Assembly (NCBI GenBank): GCA_043228905.1
Contig: JBHGNT010000007.1
Location: forward strand, 3,720,001-3,784,000
Source of the DNA: Azolla caroliniana
Lineage: Eukaryota; Plantae; Polypodiophyta
DNA length: 64,000 bases
Direction: 5' to 3'
The notes below the pieces were generated by a model. The model ran no database searches. It was not told the DNA's origin and saw only the letters and a program-made list of their open reading frames with translations. Positions 50,802 through 61,579 of this stretch are shown piece by piece; within the stretch, counting starts at the first letter, position 1; every line of letters starts with the position of its first letter. Position numbers and translations under genes: made by a program.

Positions 50802-52118
50802 GACCCACTTGCAGGTCATTTCGAGGTCACGAAAACCCTCGAGCTAATCTCTCGGGGGTATTGGTGGCCACAACCATGGAAGCTGGTCAAAGAATACATA
50901 AAGAGTTGTGAGGTTTGTGCTCGCTCCAAAGCCATTCATCATCGGCCATACGGCTTACTACAGCCGCTTCCATGTCCTCGTCGTCCTTGGGCCTCTATCT
51001 CTATGGACCTGATAACTGATCTACCCTTGGTCAATAGTTATGACTCGGTGTTGGTCGTTGTCGATCGGTTTACAAAGATGGCTCACTTCACTCCATGCTC
51101 CAAAACCATTTCCGGAGAAGGAATGGTGCATCTCCTACTCAACAATGTAGTACGCTTGCATGGACTCCCCGATGATGTCATCTCGGATCGCGGACCCCAG
51201 TTTGTCTCTCACTTCTGGCAGCGCCTGCTACAAACTTTAGGCATCTCTGTCAAGTTGTCCTCCGCTTATCACCCCCAAACTGACGGGCAAACGGAGCGTG
51301 TCAACCAAATCCTTGAGCAGTATCTTCGGTGCTCGGTTAGTTACCAACAAGATGATTGGGTCAACTTACTTTCGCTCGCGGAATTCGCCTACAATAATTC
51401 TCTCCATGCATCGACTGGCGTCACTCCCTTCTTTGCCAACTATGGTTTACATCCTCGCTTCAACATTTCCCTTCCTACCACTTCCGTGAACCCTTCGGCG
51501 GAGGATCGTGCCCGCATTTTGGAAGAAGTACATCATGATTTATCCTTGGAGCTTAGTCTTGCTAATGAACGATACAAGAAGCAGGCTGATCGCCATCGAT
51601 CTTCCACTCCACACTTTGTCGTTGGAGACATGGTCTGGTTGTTACGTCGACACATCTCTACTACTCGTCCATGTGCGAAACTTGATTACAAGAAGTTGGG
51701 ACCATTCCGTATCATCGAGTGCATCAATCCCGTCGCCTTCCGGCTCGCCCTTCCATCCCACTTCCGGATTCACGATGTTTTTCATGTCTCCCTCCTCGAA
51801 CCCCATTATGCTTCACAACTCCCAGGACGTCAAGCCCCACCACCACCACCTGTGCAATTGACGACAGGGGAGGAATACGAGGTCGACCAAATCCTTGACT
51901 CGCGTTGGCACCGTCGACACTTGCAATACCTCGTCCTATGGAGGGGTTACCCCATGTCTGAGGCCACATGGGAACCATCGGCAAATTTACAAAATGCCCC
52001 AGAGGTCGTCCAAGATTTTCATCACCGATATCCCCACAAACCAGCGGCCGATTTGGGAAGGCGGCGTAAGAGGGGGGATAATGTCAAGATTCGAACTCTT
52101 GACACGACCATGTTATAA
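50802..52118 (+). pseudogene. Integrase plus chromodomain (intact frame, disconnected from upstream pol)
   Basis: PLAGHF...CEVCAR, SMDLITDLP/SDRGPQF/TERVNQ, GPF motif, chromodomain EYEVDQILDSRWHRRHLQYLVLWRGYPMSEATWEP. Confidence 0.92.
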
Positions 52119-53307
52119 TCTACTATTATGAGTTAACCAAGATATCTAGTACTAGTTATGTATGTAATTGTTCCTTATTATTTTGCTAGCATCATGTGCA
52201 TAGTTGCTCCCTTGTAGTATTTACACTTGGCACATGCATGCATACCTACATGCTCTATTGTAGATTCACATGCGTGCAACAAGTATGCATGCCATGTAGT
52301 ATAAATAGAGGAGTTCACCTTGAAGGAATTCAAGGTGAACAACACCAGTTATGGAGTCTTTCCTTTAGTACTATATTCTTTCTTGTCCATTTGGTTATCT
52401 TCTTGGTTGTCTCTTGAGTTTATGATCCGTGACAACATCTGTAACCTTTTGTTGAACAATTGCAAGAACAACTTGTCGCTTTTAAAGACTATCTGCCGAA
52501 AAAGATTCCGCAAACAACAACTGATGGTAATAATCCGAGCCTATATCTCGCATCTCAAATTCATCTGATGTATAGGATCCATCATGCCACTTCAAAGAGG
52601 TAATAGAAAGAGGTTTATTTTTCCGTTTAAACTGGTTAAAATATTCTTTGTTGACCCAATCCTACCTTTGTGACCAACAAGCAACATTACGGTGGTAGAA
52701 GAACATTGAGCATTCCTCTTGTTTATCTTTTAAAACGCTTTTCACTTGTTGCAAGTCAAAGCGTAACATAGATGAAGTTGGATACCTTTCCAACAGTTGT
52801 TGTACTACTCCAAGAGCACGACGTAGGTTGGCAATTTCTGAGTTGCAACGATTAAGTGATGTTGCAATTATTTTTGTGAATAGACTCTTTGTATCGAGTA
52901 TGGCATGAACCATATTGTTAAGCAGACAGTCATCTGAGAAATTGTAACTGGACCATATCTGAGTGATTGACATCCTGTGATTATCATTAGATTGCAATGA
53001 AGGAGGGATACGCAATTGCTTGGAGTATTGCCTCTTGGTAAATGTAACATGTAGCTTCAAAGGATCATGGTCAGAGATAACTGAGACCAGAATAATTCCT
53101 AGGGACCCACCGGCCTCCCAAAATACACTACCAGCATAAAATCTATCTAGTCGAGACAAATTTGTAATAGCCACACTCCCATCTGATCGAGAGAATTGAA
53201 GGGATCCTTGTATGCGTGAAAACAAGTGCACCTTCCATCATTTCACTGACATTATGTGAAAATGTTCCAAATTTTATCTCATGGACCCCTAAGGTTTATG
53301 ATAAAAC

Positions 53308-53343
<36 letters not shown>

Positions 53344-53347
<4 letters not shown>

Positions 53348-53533
53348 ATTACCTTACCCTAGTGGTAAGTTGTTGACACTACAAGCACTGCATCATATGG
53401 GTTCAAAACCCAATTTCCTCACCTCTCTATTATATACTTCATATACTCTTAATTCTCTAGATGCCACTGTGGAATGTAGGGGTTGAACCCATGACCACCT
53501 GGTCTCCATTGGGCAACCATACCAACTGAGCTA

Positions 53534-53537
<4 letters not shown>
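53344..53537. mobile_element. tRNA-derived short element with two convergent A/B-box units, inside (CT)n
   Basis: (CT)n at 53311-53344 and 53537-53586. Plus strand TACCCTAGTGG...GGTTCAAAACCC; minus strand TAGCTCAGTTGG...GGTTCAACCCC. Confidence 0.75.
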
Positions 53538-53590
<53 letters not shown>

Positions 53591-53591
53591 G

Positions 53592-53649
53592 TGTAAAGAA
53601 TTGAGTGTGATGTTGTGCAGCGGAAGAGATGCATGTGTGTGTGTGTGTG

Positions 53650-53690
<41 letters not shown>

Positions 53691-53900
53691 GTATACAAAA
53701 AACAAGAAAACTATATTAACAAGGAAAGACAACCAACAACTACAGTCTACAAAGAAGTGGAGAAGGTGCTTATGTAGTTACCTTCTTTATATGTTCTCTC
53801 ACTACAACCACCTCTCGGGTGTTCGGTAGAGTATGATCCGGTTCGGTAGATAATGGGGACAAGGACAAGTCAAATATTATTATTAAGATAATTATTAGTT
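53592..53900 (-). mobile_element. Copia LTR fragment related to the LTRs of 29067-34455
   Basis: Starts TGTAAAGAAT; shares (GA)n, TATATTAACAA(A)GGA and GGTGCTT.T.TAGT motifs; right end uncertain. Confidence 0.55.
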
Positions 53901-54594
53901 AGAAATATTTTGATAACATAACTTCAAGTGAGCGGACAAGCACAAGATATAATAACATGGTATAAGGGGGTATTGTTGTGCATGGGTCCACACGCACATA
54001 TATCTATGTATCTATATATCTATACAATCTTAATTTGCATATATATAGATACATATATGTATGTATATACAATTAAGATAGATCGATGGAGTTGAAAGAC
54101 AACGAATAGCATTCATCGAACAATGGTCATCCTCTCCCTTTCTTGAGTCAGTGGGCATCCACATAAGATGGAAATATCGCGTCCCTACAGGGATTTGTTC
54201 ATAATTATCTCATTTGTAAAATTTTATAACTAATGGAAGGAGTTTTTTTTTGGAAAAATAAATAAATAAAGATAGATAGAGAGTTTTAGGTATAATACCA
54301 CAGATAAGTGATAGATGGAGATGTATGTACGTATACATATAGATAATAGAACACCCCCAACTACTCACGCTAAGACTTCTTCCTTTCTTGATAACCTCGA
54401 TCCTCGCGCATACCGCGTTCCACACACATATAAATATAATTGAAAAAACCAGCCGCCTCTCCACCACACAACACAACCAACCATACACAATACATACAAA
54501 GTGTACGCTCACTCTCAGGCCAAAACCCAAACCCAAACCAAACCGAATCAAACCGTATATGAACCCCTCTCTCTTCTTCTTCTTTGCACCAGCA

Positions 54595-54890
54595 ATGAAA
54601 GTGGCCATGCTCCTCCTCCTCCTCCTCCGGAGGGTACAACGGCGGAGGTCATGAGCCGCGATTTGGCAGAGAAGGGTACGGAAACGGTGGGGGATACAAA
54701 AGCTACATCAGTCGGAACCGAAACGGCGGTAGATACGGTGATGGAAACGGACGTGGTAACGGTCCTGGCAATGGAAGCGGCGGCGGCGGCGGCGGCGGCG
54801 GCGGAGGTGGCGGCGGAGGTGGCGGCCACCAGCCCTTCGCTTGCTCCTACGATTGCAACAGCGGCTGCAGGGCTACCTTGCAGGGCTTAA
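54595..54890 (+). pseudogene. Gly-rich 8-Cys protein pseudogene
   Basis: MKVAMLLLLLL joined at ~54628 directly to the Gly loop (~300-bp frameshifting deletion removes the N-terminal Cys block); end reads FACSYDCNSGCRAT in another frame. Confidence 0.85.
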
Positions 54891-55110
54891 CCAGACGTCA
54901 TTTTATTAATGAATTGCATAGTAGTATGTAATTTGTATGCGTTTGCTCCTTCTTTCTTCTTTTTAATGATGTTTTTGCCCAATGTGTTGCTATTATCATC
55001 ATCATCATCATCATTATTATTATTGCAAGTCCTTTTTTCATTTTCGTTTTGCAATGAATATTCATTCATTCTAATGTTAACGTCGAACGACTCAGAACTC
55101 GTCTTCTCCG

Positions 55111-55320
55111 TCCATGTCCATGTCCATGCCTATGCCCATGTCCATGTCCATGTCCATGCCTATGCCCATGTCCATGTCCATGTCCATGCCTATGCCCATG
55201 TCCATGTCCATGCCCATGCCTATGCCCATGCCCATGCCCATGCCCATGTCCATGTCCATGCCCATGTCCATGCCCATGCCCATGCCCATGTCCATGTCCA
55301 TGCCCATGCCCATGCCCATG
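55111..55320. repeat. (YCCATG)n hexamer array, 35 units, with 30-bp higher-order period
   Basis: TCCATG/CCCATG/CCTATG units; only about 6 units at the paralogous position 16838-16878. Confidence 0.95.
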
Positions 55321-56310
55321 TGTATATGTGTGTGTTATTCGTAAATTGTCTGACCTCCTTGTCTCTCTATATTTGTGCCTACTGTTTTTTGGGGTTTGTA
55401 TGACTCTTCCGTCACACACACTTCACAACACATGTTACAATCGGCCATTTCATCAAAAACCCCTCCGCATCAATATCTACTTCAATAGCTCATAATTTGA
55501 TTGAGGTGGATACTAGGAATTTCAAACTCTTGACCATCACAAAGAGACAAGATTGTGTACTGAATAACCTTCGCCTCTATTATGGTGCGACTAGACACAT
55601 TGTTTGTGTTTAGTCCATGAAGGGGTAACCAAAGGGGGACATCGGCATTTGGTTTTAGTGGACATCACTAACCACGAGGGAAAAGATATGTCAAATTGTA
55701 GTAGGTGCCCTACATTTGGACATCATACATAAAAACCATTGTAGATACATACTCTTCCCTACTTGGGGCTATGATCGTTTTCTTTAGGGCCTATCTTCAT
55801 TTTCTTTAGGGCCTATACTAGGTTGCTTCCCCATTCATTCCGTCCTCCGTAAAGATTATTTGAGCTAATGCATCCATCACTCTTATACGTACTAACTAGC
55901 TTACCTAGTATGATGCTCCCAAGGCGGCTTCTTTATGTAATTATGCTCATTACAAGTGTATTTCACCTATATTTCTTTATATTTTTAAAAAACCCTAATC
56001 ATGCTAAGAAAACTAATGAGTTGACATGTTGATCAATCTATTGGTAGGAATTATGGTTTATTTGTAGAGCTCTTCATAAGTTTTGCCCCATATACACATA
56101 ATTTATGATGATACATACATACATACATAGAAGCTCATTCATATTAAACCCTTCTCGCACTTTCAAAGAAGTATTTGGCGACTTTCATAATTTCAAAGCA
56201 GCAGTGTCGCGAATCGATCGATTCTCTATGTTTCTCCCCACTCTCCTGTGTGTAATGAAAGCTCACCTCGCTTCCGGATCCCTGGATCAGGAAAGAGTGA
56301 AGAGGAAGCC

Positions 56311-58882
56311 ATGGAAGTCTTGAAGAGATTTGGCCAGCCTCCATCTCGCAAGGAAAACTGGGGCTTCTTCTTCTCCACTGATAACAATGGAAGGTCAGAG
56401 AGACGTATTATAAACTCTAAGGAAACTATAAAATATGTGTGTCCGAAGGTCAATCATTCTAGTAAGTGTTCCTTCTCTGATGTATAATCTCGAATGTGCT
56501 TGTATGTATATGTATGTACATATTTCTGCTCGTTCATGCAACTATGAAACACCCCTGAGTCTGTCTTTATTTCGTTAAATGTCTCTATGCTTCTGATATC
56601 TTCTCAACAATGATCTTGGTGAAACATGATCAAGAAATTATAGGTACCATATTTGACCAATTTTATGTCAATTCATCCCTTTCCCTGCAATTATATGTGC
56701 GATTTGGGCTAGGATATGCTCAATTAGTTCCTTTTTTCTTTCTTTTGGGATTGAACAGCGCACTTTTTGGAAATAACATAAACTTTGGAGCATTCATAGG
56801 GATATTTTATAGTTTTTCCCTATATATAGTATGAGAAATTTGTTTTACCTCCCCAATAAATTTGATGTTGTATTTTGGTCTATTATGGTAACCTGGTGGC
56901 GCTTGCTACTCAACCCAAGCACAATCCTTTTGTAGTTAGTTGATTTACTATTGTGGCACCACCCACCCATTAGTATGGTAAACTAACATTTCTTCACTAT
57001 TGCGGCATCGCATCACTGCCTTTTCAACTAAGCACAGTGATACTTTTATGAATTTATTTGCAGTTGCTCTCATAGTAAGTTGAATTACGATTGAACACTA
57101 TCAATGAATCCTACCAAGGTACTTGTTTTTTCAGTACTATTTTGCCTTGTCTCTTTCAATTTAGGAAGACCTCTATACACATGAACCCTAGAAAGAATTA
57201 ACCCTTCTTCAATGTGGATGGGCAATTAGGATATTCATTTAAAGATTCATACATAACTGGTTGTTCAACTGTAAATTACATTGCTCTAAGTATAGAATTT
57301 TGTCTCTGTAGGTTTTGTTCAAATTGTTTGTTTGATTTCACACACAAAGAAACTTCTTGAATTTGTTTTTTACATCAGATGAGATCATGTTACATAAATT
57401 CTGATTTCTAATGATTCTGTTTACATGTTTTTACCTTCTCTCTCAGGTGGAAATTTTATTGTTGAACTTGTTTGCTTACAAGAGATTACGTAGTTATGCT
57501 TGAACTGAGTGCCCATGCTAATACAAAAGGCAATTTCCCACTATGATGGTATTTCTGCTTTTGAAGATCTTCAAGCCATTTGTAAGAAGCAAAATGTCAA
57601 GAAGGCTATTTTTCATGCAGCAGGAAGGAATTCCTCTCCCAGAAGATATTGTTTGCTCCCTTATTGAGAATTGCACAAGAAAGAGGGATATTATATCAGG
57701 TAAGAAACTGCAACTTCTATTATGAAAAGATGAACTCAATCCCCCTACATCTGTGGTGGGTGACCACCTTATACGTTTTTTTGCATCTTCTAATAATTTG
57801 CAAAATGCAAGCAAGGTTTTTTCTAGTATCTCTAAACCAACAATTTACACATGGAATGCAATCATCACAGCACATTCAAACCTCAATTGTAATAAAGAAG
57901 CTCTTCAGTTATATGAGAAAGTGCTACATTCTGGTATCAACCCAGATAAGTTTACGTTTCTTCCAGTGTTAAGAGTATGTTGTAATGCAACCACCATCAG
58001 TAAGGGTAGATTAATACATGATCAGATCATTAGAAGTGTCCTAGAGCTAGATGCATGCCAAATCCGAGAATTTAGATGAGGCATGTAATTTGCATAAAAC
58101 CTTGCCTGATAGGGATGTTAGATCATGGGCTATACTAATTTCAGGATATTCCCAGCATGACTGTCCGCACTTAGTTAGCTCTTGACTTCTTTGAGAAAAT
58201 GCTGAAGGATGGTATAGAGCCAGACAATCATTTGATTTCATGTACTTTAAAATCATGTGCTAGTGCTGCTGCATTGCAAAATGGAAGATTGCTACACATT
58301 CATATCATAAAGCCTGGGCTCAAAACTGATGCAATCATTGGAGGTAGTCTCGTGGACATGTATGTGAAATTTGGGAATTTAGTGGACCGGTGGGATACCC
58401 TGAACACCATACATCCTCAAGATGTTGTCTCATGGAATGCGTTAATTTCAGTTTATGCACAACATTGAGAGTATACATTAGCTCAAGAATGTCTTCAAGC
58501 AATGCAAGCTCAGGGTTTGAAGCCAGATAGCACAACTTACATTAGTATACTTGCAGCATGTAGCCATGTGGGAACAGTGGAAGATGGTCATTGGTACTTC
58601 ACATCTATGGTGAGAGATCACATCACACCAAATGTAGAGCATTTCAATTGCATGATTGACCTTCTTGGTCGTTCTGGCTACTTAAATGACGCACTAAAGT
58701 TGTTCAGCTCAATTCCTATCGTAATTATCACTACTGGATGGACATCTCTACTTGCTGCATGTAGAAAATTTGCTATGCTGATTTTGGGTTGTGGGAACAT
58801 GTGGAGGAACTGTGGCAGCAGTAATACCACATGGAAAAACAAAAAATCTTGGAGAGAGGATGATGATATATATCATATATGA
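56311..58882 (+). pseudogene. PLS-class PPR-E pseudogene copy B (candidate exon 1 at 56311-56461, exon 2 from 57447)
   Basis: Paralog of 24021-26178 with stops, a ~635-bp deletion at ~58056 and a ~90-bp deletion at ~58770; donor A|GTAAGT at 56462, acceptor TCTCAG at 57446. Confidence 0.85.
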
Positions 58883-59751
58883 TCCAGTAAGGCATCTGTA
58901 CCCCAACCATTGAGTTGGTTCATTGGATCCATCAATACCATTGTGTTTCATATTTTTTGGCTTAAAGTGGAACTTCTGAGTTGGAGAAATTGCTCAAGTA
59001 ACAAAGATATTCTCCATTTTTTTAATATATCAGAAATGATGTGAAGTTTCAAATGAACGAGTTAGCAATGATGCCCTTCTCTATGGTGTGGAAGTTAAAT
59101 GAAGCTTATTACTTTCCCAAGCTTCTCTCTTGTAGGGACTATTACCCTAGATGACCAATATATGATTTATTGAGTATAAAGATGACTGGAATTATCCTTA
59201 TAGATGATAGTGAGGAATTGATATTGGCAAACAAAAAATGGAGGCGTATTATTATGGTTCATGATCATGGTATTTCCAAACTATAGTTAACATAGCACAA
59301 ATGGCTATGAAAAACAGTCTAGCAAGAACTTTCTTTGGTGGCAGACATTTATGCTTAAATGATGAAAATAAATGGGAGGGCAGAAAACTTATATAATGTA
59401 AAAACCACCTAATACATTGTGCCACATAAACATGCATATTAGATTTGAAACTAGGCAAACAACATAAACGTATAGTAAGCAAGCATTTACTTTTGCAAAC
59501 TTTGAGAATTAAGAGTTTCACATATTTTGGCACTACCATTGAGAGGACCAAATGGTTTCTCATTGGCGTTTGCTTCTTCTTCTTTATGATGTTTAGGCCG
59601 CAATGGGTTCTCATTATCATCATCATCATTATTATTATTATTATTGTATCTCCATTTGTCTTTTTCGTTTTGCAATGAATATTCGGTCATTCTAATGTTA
59701 ACGATTCAGAACTCGTCTTTGCCATTCATGCCCATGTTTGTGTGTGTGTTC

Positions 59752-59925
59752 ATCAAAGATTACTCAGTATCTTCACCAAATCGGCTTTCGAATGTTGGAG
59801 TTGGATAACGCCCTTTACGTAAGAGAATCATGTACGTGGATGATCTAGTAATTGGAGGAGAGAATCTAACTGATATCAATAAGGTTATCCCTCTTGTCCG
59901 GCACCTTCGAAATGAAAGACATGCA
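59752..59925 (+). mobile_element. Isolated Copia RT fragment
   Basis: Translates KITQYLHQIGFRM...YVDDLVIGGENLTDINKV...FEMKDM, matching RT at 30175-30921. Confidence 0.8.
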
Positions 59926-60258
59926 AATGGAAGGATCACGCATTCCACTTATAGATTCCTTTTATACTCTTGCGATTTTAGGCAGTTTCCAAAAACTTGA
60001 TACACTAGCATATAAAATGTTTAAACATTTAAATGCGTAAACGTTGATAGTTTGTAGATATGAAATGTAGTTAACTTAAAGAGAATCACAATGGTTAACT
60101 CAAGGCACAAGTTAAGATTAATTGTTTCATTATCTTGATGAGATGAGGTTCAAGAAGTGGATGTGGCATATATTGTTAGACGTAAAAAATGTTTTAAGTA
60201 TAAGAGTTAACATTATAATCTTTATTGTCATCATTTATAAATTTAGTGCTCATCAACG

Positions 60259-60410
60259 TCCATAAATTCACAACTCAAGAAATGTAGACAATATTCATAA
60301 ATAGTTTTGATAAATTCACAACTCCAAAAATGTTGACAATAAAGTCCATAAATTCACAATTCAAGAAAAGTTTTGATAAATTTACAACTCCAAAAATGTT
60401 GACAATATTA
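60259..60410. repeat. Imperfect tandem repeats of ATAAATTCACAACTC...AATGTTGACAAT
   Basis: Core at ~60262, 60310, 60348 and 60376. Confidence 0.75.
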
Positions 60411-60459
60411 ATAAACTTTCAAACTTAGAAGTGAACATTAATATATCAATTTGAACATA

Positions 60460-60990
60460 TCACATAGTTATCAGGGTATCCAAACTGCTCTCCCCTTCTT
60501 CTTTTTGAGAACTCCCCTACAAAATTTGTGCAGTAGTATCTACTCCACCTAGGCTAGCAATGATTGATTCCTCAAATAGCTTCCTAGGTTCACCAGCGAA
60601 TGGAGGAATAGGTTCATGGGATGCACATTGAAAATGTTAAGGCTTTAATCTTTATGTTAATGAAACTCACTTGCTCATCATCCTTTTTATGCGCAACAAT
60701 ATTTCTAAATAGCTTCAATGTAGACGCAGATGTAGTACACATTAACAATTTGAAATGAAGATTGCTTTAGCTAAACATAAACTATATTGATTTCGAAAGG
60801 CATAGCAAACAAAGTCATAACAATTTACCGGAGCCGAAGAACAAATCTAGTATCCAATCTCCTTTATTGAAGAACATTTCAAATAACAAATATTAGACTA
60901 GGCTAGTTTTGTAAATAGCAAAAAGGGTAGTTGGTATTTAAACCAACCTTTTGTAACTTAGTTACTGTTGGATGTATTTCTTGTCTTGTC
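60460..60990 (-). pseudogene. Relic of N4-cytosine/N6-adenine DNA methyltransferase (beta-class, N6_N4_Mtase-like) C-terminal half
   Basis: Manual translation: ...KTSLV*YLLFEMFFNKGDWILDLFFGSG (to 60829), 90-nt GT-starting gap (60828-60739), then TTSASTLKLFRNIVAHKKDDEQVSFINIKIKAL. This fits the pattern GDxVLDPFxGSGTTxxAAxxLGRxxIGxExD. Catalytic (D/S)PPY not seen. Confidence 0.65.
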
Positions 60991-61016
60991 TACTACTGTC
61001 ATGGTATAGCATGGTA

Positions 61017-61083
61017 TGGCTTCAAAAGGATTTGAACCCATGACCCTATGTCACATGAGTTGAAGCCTTACCATTAAGTTATA
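61017..61083 (-). mobile_element. Degenerate tRNA-derived SINE head
   Basis: Minus strand TAACTTAATGGTAAGG...GGTCATGGGTTCAAATCC (A/B-box-like). Confidence 0.5.
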
Positions 61084-61312
61084 CATTCTAATATAAAGAA
61101 TGTTGTTTTCATTTATTATTTCACCTAGGAAATCCATGTATATTCTACATTTCTCTGGAACATTCTAGAAATGTCAAGAATACTCTGAAGCACACTATAA
61201 AAAGAGGCACATGGCATTATTGAGAACCAATTCGGTTCAACCCTAGTCTTAAGCCTCATAGGTGTTCTTGTATCTTTCTTCATATAATATAATATACTTC
61301 TTGTGGTCATCA

Positions 61313-61346
<34 letters not shown>

Positions 61347-61350
<4 letters not shown>

Positions 61351-61558
61351 CTTATCGTAATTAGCTTACCCTAGTGGTGAGTCGATAACACTACAAGCAC
61401 TGTGTCTTAGGTTCGAAACCCAATTTCCTCACCTCTCTATTATATACTTCATATGTATCTCTATTTCACTAGATGCCACTGTGGAATGTAGGGGTTGAAC
61501 CCATGACCACCTGGTCTCCATTGGGCAACCTTACCAACTGAGCTACATCCATCTGGGC
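61347..61558. mobile_element. tRNA-derived short element with two convergent A/B-box units, inside (CT)n
   Basis: (CT)n at 61316-61346 and 61558-61577. Plus strand A box 61367-61377 and B box 61410-61421; minus strand A box 61545-61534 and B box 61501-61491. Confidence 0.78.
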
Positions 61559-61579
61559 TCTCTCTCTCTCTCTCTCTTT

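Larger units (their letters stand above)
48193..52434 (+). mobile_element. Ty3/Gypsy chromovirus (Tcn1/Tf1-sushi-like), non-autonomous, with internal inversion
   Basis: 353-bp LTRs 48193-48545 and 52082-52434 with no difference seen. TSD ACATC, PPT AAGAGGGGGGA, integrase with chromodomain. Confidence 0.95.
42491..53240 (-). mobile_element. L1-type LINE ORF2 remnant split by two LTR insertions (pieces 52435-53240, 48183-48192, 42491-42888)
   Basis: Endonuclease end SRLDRFY...SDHDP; RT start CPGKDG...WRPITLLN...QSGF. Removing both insertions restores the frame AIVQQKVTDVMASHLLEPF. Confidence 0.88.
53925..59745 (+). repeat. Segmental duplication block B (decayed GRP-PPR-GRP)
   Basis: Collinear with 14817-28040, and carries empty sites for the MITE and the intact Copia. 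Confidence 0.9.

Noticed and set aside
54909-55419. His-Gly, His-Val/Ala or Met-Asp repeat proteins (metal-binding-like ORFs)
   Set aside because: Open frames are a by-product of a stop-free hexamer array in the GRP 3' region; not conserved in the paralogous block.
60259-60410. CRISPR-like array
   Set aside because: Eukaryotic context, irregular spacing, the spacers are themselves repeated, and there are no cas genes.
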